Of a stretch of 64,000 nucleotides of DNA, positions 30,988 to 41,582 are shown one piece after another (the stretch's first letter is position 1; every line of letters starts with the position of its first letter). The translations under genes were made by a program, and so were the position numbers. Source of the DNA: an uncultured Fibrobacteraceae bacterium (GTDB taxonomy: Bacteria; Krumholzibacteriota; Krumholzibacteriia; LZORAL124-64-63); assembly GCA_964343835.1 (NCBI GenBank), contig CAYFKR010000014.1:32406-96405 (forward strand). Reading direction: 5' to 3'. The notes under the pieces are model-generated. The model was not told the DNA's origin and did no database searches. It was given only the letters and a program-made list of their open reading frames with translations.

Positions 30988-32909
30988 CGGACTCCTTCGG
31001 TTTCGCGGTGAACGACGTCACGGCCGGTGACCATGGCCGTGAGTTCCTCCGCGACCTCGTTGATCTTCCGCGACTGGTTGTGGAGGTCGCCCGCCGCGGC
31101 GGCCGTTTCCTCGCTCATGGCTGCGTTGGCCTGGGTCTCCTTGTCGAGGGTCTCCACGGCCGTGTTGATCTGGGCGATTCCGCTGGCTTGCTGGCGGCTG
31201 GCCTCGTCCACGCGCGCCGCCAGGTCGCTCACGCCGGACACGTGGTCGGCGATGAGCTGCAGGGCCTCGCTGACCTGGGCGGCCACCTCCACGCCTTCCT
31301 CGGCGTTGCTCACCGATTCGGTGATCAGGCGCGACGTGTCGCCGGCGGCGGCGGCGCTGCGCTGGGCGAGGGCCCGCACTTCTTCGGCCACCACGGCGAA
31401 TCCCTTGCCGGCGTCGCCCGCTCGGGCGGCCTCCACCGCCGCGTTCAGGGCCAGCAGGTTGGTCTGGAAGGCGATCTCGTCGATGGACTGGAGGATCGAC
31501 GCCGTCTCGTCGGCGGACGAGCGGATCCTGGCGATGCTCTCGCCCATGCGGGACATGGCGTCCTGGCCGCGGCGGGCCACGTCGCTGGCTTCGCCGGCGC
31601 GGCTGCTGACGTCGCGGGCCAGGTTGGAGTTGTCGTCGGCGGAGCTGGAGAGCTCGGCCAGCGACGAGTGGGTCTCCTCGAGGCTCGCGGCCTGGCTGTT
31701 GGTGGAGTTGCCCACGGTGTCGCTGCCCACGGCGATCTGCTGGCTCGCCGAGGTGATCTCGCAGGCCCGCTTGCTGAGGCGGTCGATGGCCCTGTTCAGG
31801 GAGTTGATCACCACCCGGGTGTTGGCCAGCACCACGCCGCCCACCACGATGAGGATGATCAGGGCGCCCACGATCACGCCCGTCCGCACGCGCGCCTGGA
31901 CGGACCCGGCGTCGTCGCGGATGGCGTCCAGGGCGGCGGCGGACTCGGAGGTGTCCATCACCATGGCCAGCACGCCGACGGGTCGGCCGGAGTAGTCCTC
32001 GATGGGGTAGGTGACGATCTCGTCCGTGCCCACGGCGGTCCGGCTCAGCCCCTGCATGCCCGCATACAGGTGGTCCGCGCCCACCGCGGCGAGGATGCGG
32101 TCCCGGTCGGTCGAGGCGCAGAAGACGAAGGCGCCGTCGAGCACGGGGTAGTCGTCGGGCTTCTGGAGCTTGGTCGCCGTGTCGAGATGAGCGGCGTCCA
32201 TGAAGACGCCGAACTCGAGGCCGTCGCCTCCGCCCAGGGTCTTGAGCACCGGGTTGAAGCTCGCGAGGGCCTCCACCGAACCGAGGTGACGGCCGTCGGC
32301 GGCGCGGACCGGGGCCAGGCCGCGGATGGCGAAGCCGCCCCGTCCGATCTCGATGCCCTTGAGGGGCTTCTTCTCGCGGTTGATCTCCACGACGGTCCGG
32401 CGGAATCCGGAGAGGTCGTCGGAGACGTCCAGCTTCTTCCCGTTCCGCTTGGTCTGCCAGCCCTGACGCCACACGCGGGTCAGGCTGCGGGCCGTGGGCA
32501 GGTGGAAGTGGACGCGAAACTCGGAGGCGCCGGTCTGGGCGCTGTAGCCCGAGGCGTAGGGGGCGATGAAGCTGCGCAGCATCACCCTCGCCTGCTGGCT
32601 CTCGGGATCCGACTCGTCGTTCATGTCCCCGGCGTGGGCCACCTCGTAGGCCGCCTGGACCTCAGGCAGCTCCGAGAAGAGGGAGGCCTGCATCAGGACC
32701 TTGTCCTCGATGTTGGCCATCTGGGCCTCGAACTCGTGGATCTTGCCCTGGATGACGTCGTCGACCCTGTTGTCCGACATCTCCGACAACGCCGTCACGT
32801 TGCCGTCCACGAGGCCGCTCAGGGCGGACTGGATGCCCACGACCGCGGCCACGGCGGCCACGGCGATGCAGGCGACGATGGGGAGGATCAGCTTCATGCG
32901 CAGACTCAC
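30984..32909 (-). CDS. methyl-accepting chemotaxis protein
   Basis: N-terminal TM, periplasmic sensor region, second TM, HAMP, and the highly conserved signalling hairpin [43 protein letters not shown]. Confidence 0.85.
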   Translation of the reverse strand: MSLRMKLILPIVACIAVAAVAAVVGIQSALSGLVDGNVTALSEMSDNRVDDVIQGKIHEFEAQMANIEDKVLMQASLFSELPEVQAAYEVAHAGDMNDESDPESQQARVMLRSFIAPYASGYSAQTGASEFRVHFHLPTARSLTRVWRQGWQTKRNGKKLDVSDDLSGFRRTVVEINREKKPLKGIEIGRGGFAIRGLAPVRAADGRHLGSVEALASFNPVLKTLGGGDGLEFGVFMDAAHLDTATKLQKPDDYPVLDGAFVFCASTDRDRILAAVGADHLYAGMQGLSRTAVGTDEIVTYPIEDYSGRPVGVLAMVMDTSESAAALDAIRDDAGSVQARVRTGVIVGALIILIVVGGVVLANTRVVINSLNRAIDRLSKRACEITSASQQIAVGSDTVGNSTNSQAASLEETHSSLAELSSSADDNSNLARDVSSRAGEASDVARRGQDAMSRMGESIARIRSSADETASILQSIDEIAFQTNLLALNAAVEAARAGDAGKGFAVVAEEVRALAQRSAAAAGDTSRLITESVSNAEEGVEVAAQVSEALQLIADHVSGVSDLAARVDEASRQQASGIAQINTAVETLDKETQANAAMSEETAAAAGDLHNQSRKINEVAEELTAMVTGRDVVHRETEGVR

Positions 32910-33067
32910 GGCGATACGACCTCCGGTTGGATACCGCTAAGATCCGACTCCGTGAGCCTTCGACTGAAAGGCCATGTTCTTTAGGGGATATCCGGGAGCG
33001 TAGCGCCGCGGGTGCCGGGCGTGCTATCATGGTGGATCGGCAGGCAACACCGGAAGGACGACGCCCC

Positions 33068-33898
33068 ATGGACGCCCGCGAGCGGATCTCCGCCCATTAC
33101 GAGCTCGAGAAGCGTCTGGCGGCGCGCATCATGAATGCGCCGTCGGACGAGCGGGCCGGCGTGTCCCTGGAGGCCTACGACGAGCTCTTCCGCTCCATCC
33201 CCTGGCACGACGGCCATCACGACGGCGAGGAGCTCGGCGCCAAACTCCTCGAGGTCTACGCCCCCTACCTGCGCCAGACCCGCCCCGATGACCGTGTCCT
33301 GGAGATCGGCTGCGGCCTGGGGACCCAGGCCCGCCTCTTCGCGGAGCGCTGCCGCAGCTACGCCGGCGTGGACATCTCCGAGGAGGTCCTGACCCACCGC
33401 TTCGACATGCCGGAGAACGTGCTGCTGCGGGTGGCCGACGCCGTGAACCTGTTCTCGTTCGCGGACGATTCCTTCGACATGGTCATGAGCAGCCAGCTCA
33501 TCGAGCACCTGCACCCCGACGACGTCCACCTGCACCTGGCCGAGGTCGCGCGGGTCCTGGCCCCGGGTGGCCGCTACGTGTTCGAGACCCCGAACCGGGT
33601 CACCGGGCCCCACGACGTCTCGCGTCACTTCGACGACGTGGCCACCTGCTTCCACCTGCGGGAATACACCAACGGCGAGATGCTCTCGATGCTGAGGGAG
33701 GCGGGCTTCCGCAGGTTCCGCTCGCCCTTCTTCCGGCAGGCCGCCTACGAGAAGAACGAGCGGTTGGCGTCGGTGGCCGAGTTCCCCGCCGACTGGAAGC
33801 GGCCGGTGGAGCGGGTGGTGTCGATGCTGCCCCGCGGGATGCGCCGCCGGGTGGGCACGGCCCTGCGCGTGCGCATCACCATGACCGCCTGGACCTAG
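33068..33898 (+). CDS. class I SAM-dependent methyltransferase
   Basis: VLEIGCGLGTQARLF (motif I), DDSFDMVMS, LAPGGRYVFE. The start is ambiguous; 33029 is an alternative. Confidence 0.65.
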   Translation: MDARERISAHYELEKRLAARIMNAPSDERAGVSLEAYDELFRSIPWHDGHHDGEELGAKLLEVYAPYLRQTRPDDRVLEIGCGLGTQARLFAERCRSYAGVDISEEVLTHRFDMPENVLLRVADAVNLFSFADDSFDMVMSSQLIEHLHPDDVHLHLAEVARVLAPGGRYVFETPNRVTGPHDVSRHFDDVATCFHLREYTNGEMLSMLREAGFRRFRSPFFRQAAYEKNERLASVAEFPADWKRPVERVVSMLPRGMRRRVGTALRVRITMTAWT

Positions 33899-33902
33899 CA
33901 GG

Positions 33903-34424
33903 CTAGTCCTTCAGCGTCCCCGCCACGAACGGCGCCAGCCGATCCCCGATGAAGTGGCGCCAGGTCGTCTCCACGATCTCTCCCCAGCCCTCGTGAACCT
34001 CGCCGGAGGCGTTGACCTTCACCGTGAGCACCGTCGTGCCGTCCGCGTCGCCCTGCGCGAAGGTCCAGGTGGTGACCATGTGGAGGGCATGCCCGGCCAG
34101 TCCCAGCGGCCCGACCATGCGCAGCATCTCGCCCGTCCTGACGTAGGTCACGTCGGCGTGCACGACGCCGTCGCCCGATGCGTCGAACTCCTCCAGGAAC
34201 ATGCCGCCGGGCTTCGGCTCGATGACCATGCGGTGCGGATCGCCGGACATGGAATGGTCCCACCAGCCCGAGACGTCGCCCGTGGCGGCGGCCCAGGCCT
34301 CGGCCGGGGGCGCCTGGAGCACCGTGTCGAAGGTGAAGGCGAAGGAGCCGGTGGGGACGGATTCGGCGGCCGGGGCGACGGCGGCCAGGGCGATCAGGGC
34401 GACGAATGCGACGGTTCGGAGCAT
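33903..34424 (-). CDS. secreted SRPBCC-fold (AHSA1/START-like) protein
   Basis: Signal peptide. Size and secondary-structure pattern fit the SRPBCC/activator-of-Hsp90-ATPase-like family. Weak assignment. Confidence 0.4.
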   Translation of the reverse strand: MLRTVAFVALIALAAVAPAAESVPTGSFAFTFDTVLQAPPAEAWAAATGDVSGWWDHSMSGDPHRMVIEPKPGGMFLEEFDASGDGVVHADVTYVRTGEMLRMVGPLGLAGHALHMVTTWTFAQGDADGTTVLTVKVNASGEVHEGWGEIVETTWRHFIGDRLAPFVAGTLKD

Positions 34425-34505
34425 GGGATCCACCTCGGAAGAAGGAAGCGGGACGGCCCGCGCCGTCCCGCTTCTCATGGTACACCCGACGCGGATCCGG
34501 CGCGA

Positions 34506-36554
34506 CTATTCGCCGTCGCCGTTGTCCGTGCCCAGCAGGTACTTGTCGAACCAGGCCAGGTCCCACTCCATCTTGGCCAGTCGGTTCTCGTAGGTGGACA
34601 GGCCGTGACCCTCGCCGGGGTACACCACCAGCTCCACCGGAACGTCCAGGTAGTGGTACAGGCCGCGGTACAGGGCCCTCGAGTGGGCCGCCGGCACGCG
34701 GGGATCGTCACCGCCCACGTGGATCAGCGTCGGCGTGACCACCTTGTGCAGTCCGAACAGGGGGGAGCCGTCGCGGTAGTGCTCGGCCTTGTCCCAGGGC
34801 AGGCCCTCCATGAAGTTGATCACGTGGCCCGGCGTGTCCTCGATGCCCCACTGGATCACCTGGTCGATGACGCCGGCGCCGCTGCTGGCCGCCTTGAACA
34901 TGTCCGGGTAGCCCGTGATCATGCAGTTGGTCAGGTAGCCTCCGTTGGACCAGCCCATCACGCCCATGGTCGCCGCGTCGGCGATGCCGTCGGCCACCAG
35001 CTTCTCCACGCCCGTGGCGATGTCCGTGACCTCGATCTCGTTCTCGCGGCCCACCAGCTTGCCCAGGAACTCGTCGCCATAGCCGGTCGAGCCGTGGTAG
35101 TTGGGGCTGAGCAGGGCGTAGCCCTTGGCGGGCATCAGGGCCCGACCGTAGATCCACAGGCGGAAGCGGTACTGGGTGCTGGCGGTGGGACCGCCGTGGA
35201 GCTCGATGATGGTGGGCAGGGGCCCGTCCGCGGCGGGATCGTGACCCGCGGGCAGCTCCAGGATGCCGTGCACCTCGTCGCCGTCGGCGCCGACCCAGAC
35301 GTAGTCCAGGATCTGGGGCAGGATCCACTCCTCCATGTGGGCGTTCACATCGCTCAGGCGCGTCAGCGATCCCTTCTCCACGTTGTACAGCTCGCCCACG
35401 CGGTCCAGCAGGTCCACCGAGGCCAGCAGATGACGGCCCTTGCGGTCGAAGCCGTAGCCGGTGACCACGACGTCGCCCACCGTCAGCGTGTTGGAGCCGC
35501 CCTGGCCGCCGTTCTTCACGTCGCGGATCTCGTACACGCGCTGGCGGCCGCGGTCCTCGCCCATGAAGCACAGACTGCGGCCCTCGCCGCGCCACGACAG
35601 GCCGCCGGCGAAGGTCACCGGGCCGGGGCGCGTGAGGCGGAACAGGTCCGTGCCGCTCTTGGTCCATTCGGCCACCCAGAGCTGGGAAGCGTAGCCGTCG
35701 TAGGCGATGTCGAAGGCCAGGGCCCTGCCGTCGTCGCTCCAGGCCAGCTCGCCGAGCCAGCCGAAGGGCGACGGGTGGTCGGAGCGCCACTCCTGGCTGG
35801 TGACCTGCTCGATGTCGCCGCTCGCGAGGTCCAGCACGTCCACCCGCGACCAGCCCTCGTTGAAGATGATCTCCTCGTCCGGGGCGGTGATCAGGGCCAG
35901 ACGGTCGCCGCCGGGGGCGAGTGCCATGGCGTGGATCACGCGGGTGGCGGGCAGGATCTCGGCGTCGCGCCAGCTGCGCAGGTCCAGGCGCCGGACGGCG
36001 TTGAATTCGATCACGCCGTGGCCGTACTCCAGGTCGCTCCACTTGCTCTTGAGGTCCTTCCACTCGTCGTCGCGGTGCTCGTCGCCCACGGTGTAGTAGA
36101 GGGAACGGCCGTCGCGGGCGAGCTGGTACAGGCCCACGCCGCCGTCGGTGCGGGTGACGGCCTGGATGTCCGATCCGTTGGTGCGGATGCGCCACACCTG
36201 GTGGCTGCCGTCGTAGGGAGCCTCCTCGGCGCCGTAGTCCAGACGGCCGCCGAAGTAGATCCACTCGCCGTCGGGGCCCCACACGATGCCGTGGGGCCGT
36301 TCCAGCTCGAAGGTCAGGCGCAGGGGCTCGCGGGTTTTCAGGTCCATGACCCAGAGCTGGGCCATGCGTCCGCCGCCGGGCCCCTCCCAGCCGCTCTGGA
36401 TCCAGGCGGTCATGGAGGCGTCGGGGGAGAGGACGGGGGCGCCGGCGTACTGCAGGCTGAAGTAGTCCTCGGGCTCGATGACGTGGGTGCGCTCGGCGGC
36501 CGAAGCGACGACGGCCAGCACGAGGAACAGGGCGATCAGGATCGAACGACGCAC
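34506..36554 (-). CDS. S9 family serine peptidase (prolyl oligopeptidase / acylaminoacyl peptidase) with an N-terminal beta-propeller
   Basis: GWSNGG nucleophile elbow, a downstream GGDDPRVP Asp and GEGHG His. Propeller-type repeats at the N-terminus. GTG start 7 nt after GGAGG. Signal peptide. Confidence 0.8.
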   Translation of the reverse strand: MRRSILIALFLVLAVVASAAERTHVIEPEDYFSLQYAGAPVLSPDASMTAWIQSGWEGPGGGRMAQLWVMDLKTREPLRLTFELERPHGIVWGPDGEWIYFGGRLDYGAEEAPYDGSHQVWRIRTNGSDIQAVTRTDGGVGLYQLARDGRSLYYTVGDEHRDDEWKDLKSKWSDLEYGHGVIEFNAVRRLDLRSWRDAEILPATRVIHAMALAPGGDRLALITAPDEEIIFNEGWSRVDVLDLASGDIEQVTSQEWRSDHPSPFGWLGELAWSDDGRALAFDIAYDGYASQLWVAEWTKSGTDLFRLTRPGPVTFAGGLSWRGEGRSLCFMGEDRGRQRVYEIRDVKNGGQGGSNTLTVGDVVVTGYGFDRKGRHLLASVDLLDRVGELYNVEKGSLTRLSDVNAHMEEWILPQILDYVWVGADGDEVHGILELPAGHDPAADGPLPTIIELHGGPTASTQYRFRLWIYGRALMPAKGYALLSPNYHGSTGYGDEFLGKLVGRENEIEVTDIATGVEKLVADGIADAATMGVMGWSNGGYLTNCMITGYPDMFKAASSGAGVIDQVIQWGIEDTPGHVINFMEGLPWDKAEHYRDGSPLFGLHKVVTPTLIHVGGDDPRVPAAHSRALYRGLYHYLDVPVELVVYPGEGHGLSTYENRLAKMEWDLAWFDKYLLGTDNGDGE

Positions 36555-36645
36555 GGAAGGACCTCCGGTCTGGGTGTCTGGGGATTCGAGCGCACCATAA
36601 CACTCCCGGAGCCGTCGTGGTAGTCTCCCGGCGGAGGTGACCCCC

Positions 36646-37710
36646 ATGAACCGGACCCTGCTGCTCGTGGTTCTCGGCGCCCTGATCGCCGGTTGCGCCG
36701 CCCCCGACGCCCCCGACCACCGCGTCCATGCCTTCTACTACCCGTGGTACGGCACCCCCGACCGCGACGGCGAATGGCGCCACTGGGCCCACGACCAGAT
36801 GGGCGCGGTGGACGATCGCGTGAGCTATCCCGGCGACCGCGACATCGGCGCCGACTTCTATCCCGCCGGCGGCTGCTACTCGTCCAACGATCCCGCCGTG
36901 CTGGCCCGGCACATGGAGCAGCTGGCCGACGCGGGCGTGGGGTCGTTGTGCACGTCGTGGTGGGGCGAGGGCTCGTTCGAGGATGCGGCGTTGCCGGCGC
37001 TGCTGGACGCCGCCGCCGACGCGGGCCTGCAGGTGAGCTTTCACCTGGAGCCGCTGCCGGGGCGCGATGCGACGGTGAGCCGTGCGGCCCTCGCTTCCCT
37101 CCTGGGTCGCTTCGGCGATCACGAGGCTCTCTGGCGTGAGGAGGGCACGGGCCGACCCCTGGTCTTCGTCTACGATTCCTATCTGTCGACGCCGGAAGAA
37201 TGGGCCCGTCTGCTGACCCCCGACGGCGACCTCACCATCCGCGGCACCGATCTCGACTGTGTGATGATCGGCCTCTGGGTCGAGTCCGGCCACGGCGCCG
37301 ACCTGGTCGCCGGCGGCTTCGACGGCGCCTACACCTACTTTGCCACCGACGGCTTCACGCACGGCTCGTCCACCGTCAACTGGCCCGACATGGCGGCCTT
37401 CTGCGACCGCGAGGACCTGCTGTTCGTGCCCTGCGCGGGCCCCGGCTACGCCGACCTGCGCATTCGCCCCTGGAACGTCGCCAACCAGCGCGATCGCGAT
37501 GGAGGCGACTACTACCGCCGCATGACCGACGCGGCACTGGCGGTGTCGCCGGCGTTGATCGGCCTGACGTCGTGGAACGAGTGGCACGAGGGAACGCAGA
37601 TCGAACCGGCGGAGGCCGCCGCCGCGAACGGTTTCACGTACCGCGATTACGGGGAGGTCGGGGAGGACGGCTATCTCGGTCTTACGCGGGAGTGGATCGA
37701 GCGGTACTAG
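36646..37710 (+). CDS. glycoside hydrolase family 99-like lipoprotein (endo-alpha-1,2-mannosidase family)
   Basis: Lipobox LIAGCA. HAFYYPWYG N-terminal motif and WNEWHEGTQIEP near the C-terminus resemble GH99. GGAGG lies 8 nt before the ATG at 36646. Confidence 0.6.
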   Translation: MNRTLLLVVLGALIAGCAAPDAPDHRVHAFYYPWYGTPDRDGEWRHWAHDQMGAVDDRVSYPGDRDIGADFYPAGGCYSSNDPAVLARHMEQLADAGVGSLCTSWWGEGSFEDAALPALLDAAADAGLQVSFHLEPLPGRDATVSRAALASLLGRFGDHEALWREEGTGRPLVFVYDSYLSTPEEWARLLTPDGDLTIRGTDLDCVMIGLWVESGHGADLVAGGFDGAYTYFATDGFTHGSSTVNWPDMAAFCDREDLLFVPCAGPGYADLRIRPWNVANQRDRDGGDYYRRMTDAALAVSPALIGLTSWNEWHEGTQIEPAEAAAANGFTYRDYGEVGEDGYLGLTREWIERY

Positions 37711-38507
37711 TCGAGGATCTCCACCGGGTCGCCCACGCGCAGCACGCCCGCCTGCCGGGTCACCAGGTTCATGCCGAAGTCCACGGTGCCGTCGTCGTTG
37801 CGCCGGTAGTCGGCGAGGGTGCGCAGCGGCTCGGGCCCCATGCGCTCGCCCGTGGCCTGGTCCGTCGTGGTCACGACGCATCTCGCGCACGGCTTCACGT
37901 TCTCGAACTCCAGCTCGCCGATGCGCAGCCGGCGCCAGCCGGCCTCGGCCCAGGGCTCAGCGCCTGCCACCACCAGGTTGGGGCGGAAACGGTCCATGGG
38001 GACCGGTGCGTCCAAGCGGCCGTTCAGCTCCGCCAGCGAATCCTCGGTACAGAGCAGGAACGGGTAGCCGTCGGCGAACGACACGTCCACGTCCGGCGCC
38101 AGGGCTGCGGGACGCGGAGCGTCGTCGGGGATGCGGGCCAGCCAGACCGGACGCTGGAGCCAGTCGGAGAGCCAGGCGTTGGCCTCGGCGGCGGCGAGCT
38201 GGGCGTCCACCACGTCGTTCCAGATGCCGGTGGGCATACGGGCGGCGTCGGTCGGGGGCGGGGCGACGGCGACGGGTTCGCGGCCGTCGGCGTCCAGGAG
38301 GATGGAGCCGTCGTCGTGCGCCTCCACGCCGAGGGTCGCCAGGGCCGGCACGTTGCGCTGGGTGAGGAAGTCGCCGTCCTGGGACACGACCATCCACAGC
38401 CGGTCGAAGCGGAGGCCGCGGCTGTGGGCCGCGGCCTCCGTATGCGTCGTCCCGCGGGCGGACTTCACGGGGTAGGAATGCAGCCCCGTCAGGCGGAGAC
38501 CGCTCAC
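37707..38507 (-). CDS. MOSC domain protein (MOSC_N beta-barrel plus MOSC)
   Basis: LTGLHSYPVKSARG (MOSC_N) and a C-terminal MOSC region with KPCARCVVTT (conserved Cys). GTG start overlaps the upstream stop (GTGA). Confidence 0.65.
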   Translation of the reverse strand: MSGLRLTGLHSYPVKSARGTTHTEAAAHSRGLRFDRLWMVVSQDGDFLTQRNVPALATLGVEAHDDGSILLDADGREPVAVAPPPTDAARMPTGIWNDVVDAQLAAAEANAWLSDWLQRPVWLARIPDDAPRPAALAPDVDVSFADGYPFLLCTEDSLAELNGRLDAPVPMDRFRPNLVVAGAEPWAEAGWRRLRIGELEFENVKPCARCVVTTTDQATGERMGPEPLRTLADYRRNDDGTVDFGMNLVTRQAGVLRVGDPVEILD

Positions 38508-40297
38508 TTGGCGCCCTTCGGGACGATGGACACCGGAGCATCCACCTCCATTTCCAGCAACGCCTGGGAGAGGGTCTTGCCCTGGGGGTCGAGCATGAGC
38601 GACACGGTGCCGCCGCCGCCCAGGGACCGCTCCATCAGGAAGTTCAGGGCGTGCAGGTTGTGCAGCTCGTGCCGCGTGACCCGGCCCTTCACGATCCCCT
38701 TGAAGAAGCGCTTCACGACGGCGGGCGTGAGGGTCTCCCGGAGCCAGTCGTAGGCCTCCGGCGATCGCGCCACCACACCGACGTTGCAGGTGTCGCCCTT
38801 GTCGCCGGAACGGGCGTGGGCCAGGGCGCGCAGCTTCACGCGGCGGGTGCGCTTGGGCCATGTCTTCACGCGGGGCCGCTTCTCGTCCGGTGCCGAACGG
38901 TGGGAGCGGGGTGGCGCCTCGTCCTCGAACTCCACGGTACGCGTCGTCTCCGACCCGCCGGGCCGGATGACCACCACGCGCGACGACACGCTGCTGCGCC
39001 GGATCAGGGCCGGCCAGTAGGCCACCACCTTAGACGGCTTGGGCCGCCCGCCGGTCACGGCCATGCCGCTCGGGCCGGACAGGATGAGGGTCGGCAGCAG
39101 CACGCCGAACTCCTGGACCTTGGCCTTGTCGTGGTCGCGCACGCCGAGGCGCAGCAGCACCTCGGGGGTCTCGTAGCGGTCCAGCGTCTCGGGCCAGATG
39201 GAGCCGCTGCCCACCACCGAGTCGTGGCGTTCCTCGTAACGGTGGCCCAGACGCTTCCAGAAGATGCGCGCCGCGGCTTCGGCCTTCTCGTCGGCCTCGG
39301 GTCCGCAGATCAGCACGGTGCCACCGGCTTTCCAGCCGTCGTCGTAGGCCATCGACACCTTGAACATGGGCGGGCGGGGCTCGCCATTCACGCCGCTCAC
39401 GCGCACCCGGTCGCGGCCGGCCTGCTCCAGACGGATGGTGTCGAAGCGGGCCACACCGTCGGGGGAGATGTACTCCTTCGGGTCGCCCATCTCGTAGACG
39501 AGCTGTTCCTTGACGGTCTCCACGCTCACCAGGCCGCCGGTGCCCTTGTGCTTGGTCACCTCGAAGACGCCGTCGTCACCCATCTCGATGATGGGGTAGC
39601 CGATGGTCTCGAGCTTGGGGACCGTGCGCCAGTCGGTGAAGTTGCCGCCGGTGGCCTGGGTGCCGCACTCGATGATGTGGCCTGCGACCACGCCGGCCGC
39701 CAGGCGGTCCCAGTCGTCGTCGCTCCAGCCGAACTCGTGGATCATGGGGGCCAGGGTGATGCCGGTGTCGGTCACGCGGCCGGTCACGATCACGTGGCAG
39801 CCGTCGTCCAGGGCCTTCACCACGGGCTCGGCGCCCAGGTAGACGTTGGCGGCGGTCACCTTGTCGCGGACCGGGGCCAGGGGCTCGCCGGTCTCCATGT
39901 TGTCCATGGGGTCGCCGCCGGAGCCGAGGGCGTCCAGACGGTCGAGGATGTCGTCGCCGTCCACGACGCCCACCTTCACCCGCAGTCCCAGCTCGGCCGC
40001 CAACTCCTGGATCTTCCGGCCCAGACCGAGGGGGTTGATGCCGCCGGCGTTGGTGATCACACGCACGCCGCGGTCCATCATCAGGGGCAGGCACTCGCGC
40101 ATCTGGAGGAGGAAGTCGCCGGCGTAGCCCATCTCGGGGTTCCGGGCCCGCTGGCCCTGGAGGATGGACATGGTGATTTCGGCCAGGTAGTCCAGGGTGA
40201 CGTAGTCGAGGGGGCCGCCCTCGATCTGGCGGCGCAGGGCGCCGGGGTCGTCGCCCCAGTAGCCGCCGGCGTTGCCGATGCGGATGGTGCGTCTCAT
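38504..40297 (-). CDS. acyclic terpene utilization AtuA-family protein (DUF1446 plus C-terminal DUF4387-like extension)
   Basis: MRRTIRIGNAGGYWGDDP...LDYVTLDYLAE is the DUF1446/AtuA N-terminal signature. 597 aa. Confidence 0.6.
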   Translation of the reverse strand: MRRTIRIGNAGGYWGDDPGALRRQIEGGPLDYVTLDYLAEITMSILQGQRARNPEMGYAGDFLLQMRECLPLMMDRGVRVITNAGGINPLGLGRKIQELAAELGLRVKVGVVDGDDILDRLDALGSGGDPMDNMETGEPLAPVRDKVTAANVYLGAEPVVKALDDGCHVIVTGRVTDTGITLAPMIHEFGWSDDDWDRLAAGVVAGHIIECGTQATGGNFTDWRTVPKLETIGYPIIEMGDDGVFEVTKHKGTGGLVSVETVKEQLVYEMGDPKEYISPDGVARFDTIRLEQAGRDRVRVSGVNGEPRPPMFKVSMAYDDGWKAGGTVLICGPEADEKAEAAARIFWKRLGHRYEERHDSVVGSGSIWPETLDRYETPEVLLRLGVRDHDKAKVQEFGVLLPTLILSGPSGMAVTGGRPKPSKVVAYWPALIRRSSVSSRVVVIRPGGSETTRTVEFEDEAPPRSHRSAPDEKRPRVKTWPKRTRRVKLRALAHARSGDKGDTCNVGVVARSPEAYDWLRETLTPAVVKRFFKGIVKGRVTRHELHNLHALNFLMERSLGGGGTVSLMLDPQGKTLSQALLEMEVDAPVSIVPKGAK

Positions 40298-40371
40298 CGG
40301 GTCGTTCCTCCGGGTCGGGATGGGTGGGACTGGACGATGCTAGTCATTGGAAGAGGAGGGGACAAGCTGTT

Positions 40372-41582
40372 AGTTGTGCCACCGAAAATGTCCCTCGCTT
40401 ATGGAGTAGCCCCCATCGGATCCCGCCTTACCCCTCAGTATGCATATGAAAGACAGTGCCGCTGATTCACTGTGAAGCCAACTGTCAAAACCGCTCGATC
40501 GTAGTACTTAGCCCATACATCCGGTACATCGACCCGAGACCTGAACAGCCGTTCCCGCAACACATCCATCACCGTCCACATCCTATCAACCACACCCTTG
40601 AGCATCCCCGACGACACCGGGGGGCCTTTCTCCCATCTTCGTTTGACCAGGTTCTTCCAAACCATCAGAATCGACAACCGCTCCGCCGAACTCTGCCTCC
40701 GCTTCACCCAGGCGATCGTTTCGCGCTTGTGAGCCGCCGTGCTGTGACGGATCAGTAGATCGGCCAGGTTTACCTCCCACAACGGGTTGTGCTTGTCCCG
40801 GTGATCCTTGCTCGAGGTCACCTGGTGCCGGAATGTGCATCCTAGCTGGGATATCGCTCGCCGATAGGCGGGATGCTCGTCGCTCCGGCCGGTGATTACG
40901 TAACGGCCCTTTGAGACATATTGAAGCAACGACAGGATGCCATTCTGGACGGCTTTAGGGTCGGGGCGACCATGTAGTTGCTCCAATTCTGCTCTTCGCT
41001 TCTTCTGCTGATCGGTCATCCGGCCCTTTCGTCGCAGCGGGCTATCGGTGTGGAAGAGCAGGAACCCATTGTCGGACTCGACGGCGATGTTGTGGTGGAA
41101 CGGATAGTACTGACTGAGCTCGAAGGTCTCGAAACCATCGAAGACGATCTCAGCCGGAGAGGGCACACCTTCCAACAGATTCATATGCAATAGCATGCAG
41201 TGTCGGCCCAGGCGTGATACGTGGCGGTCGACCGTCGAGGGGCTGCACTTCAGGGCACGGGCGATCTGACGGTTGGCCATGCAACCGACGGTCATCATGA
41301 AGATCTTGGCGTCGAGGTCGGGGCGCTTTTGCCAGTAGGTGGTCGAAAAGGTCTGGGAACTGAAGGTTCTGCGGCAGTGGAGGCATGTGAACCGTTGGAT
41401 ACGCCTGGGGGCGATGCGTCGGGTATAAAAGCCCTTCCGTTTGAAGGGCCAGTGATCGTGGTGACCCTTGTGGTACTTGCATTTAGGGTTGGGGCAGTGG
41501 GGCGGTTGCCAGCCGTGCTTGTGAGTGTCCATGGCCGCGTGATTGCCGGTTTCGAGCCAGGGACACTTTCAGAGGCACAACT
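40372..41582. mobile_element. IS1-family insertion sequence (single-ORF type), 1211 bp
   Basis: 28-bp imperfect terminal inverted repeats (24/28 identical). 9-bp flanking direct repeat CAAGCTGTT / CAAGGTGTT. GC markedly lower than the surroundings. Carries one transposase ORF. Confidence 0.7.
40435..41532 (-). CDS. IS1-family transposase (InsA-like zinc finger plus HTH fused to a catalytic domain)
   Basis: N-terminus HCPNPKC...RKGFYTRR...FTCLHCRRTF...KIFMMTVGCMANRQIARALKCSPSTVDRHV is co-linear with IS1 InsA (CPSC...RNGK...CSHCRKTW...[29 protein letters not shown]). 365 aa. Confidence 0.7.
   Translation of the reverse strand: MDTHKHGWQPPHCPNPKCKYHKGHHDHWPFKRKGFYTRRIAPRRIQRFTCLHCRRTFSSQTFSTTYWQKRPDLDAKIFMMTVGCMANRQIARALKCSPSTVDRHVSRLGRHCMLLHMNLLEGVPSPAEIVFDGFETFELSQYYPFHHNIAVESDNGFLLFHTDSPLRRKGRMTDQQKKRRAELEQLHGRPDPKAVQNGILSLLQYVSKGRYVITGRSDEHPAYRRAISQLGCTFRHQVTSSKDHRDKHNPLWEVNLADLLIRHSTAAHKRETIAWVKRRQSSAERLSILMVWKNLVKRRWEKGPPVSSGMLKGVVDRMWTVMDVLRERLFRSRVDVPDVWAKYYDRAVLTVGFTVNQRHCLSYAY

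Noticed and set aside
34708-37890. 1060-aa antisense ORF, and many other long ORFs (for example 2774..4906 -, 11415..13745 -, 13976..15838 -, 1362..2585 +, 50175..52346 +, 54303..56375 +)
   Set aside because: Arg/Gly/Ala/Pro-rich translations typical of the wrong strand or frame in roughly 70% GC DNA. Each overlaps a gene supported by conserved motifs, RBS and signal peptides.
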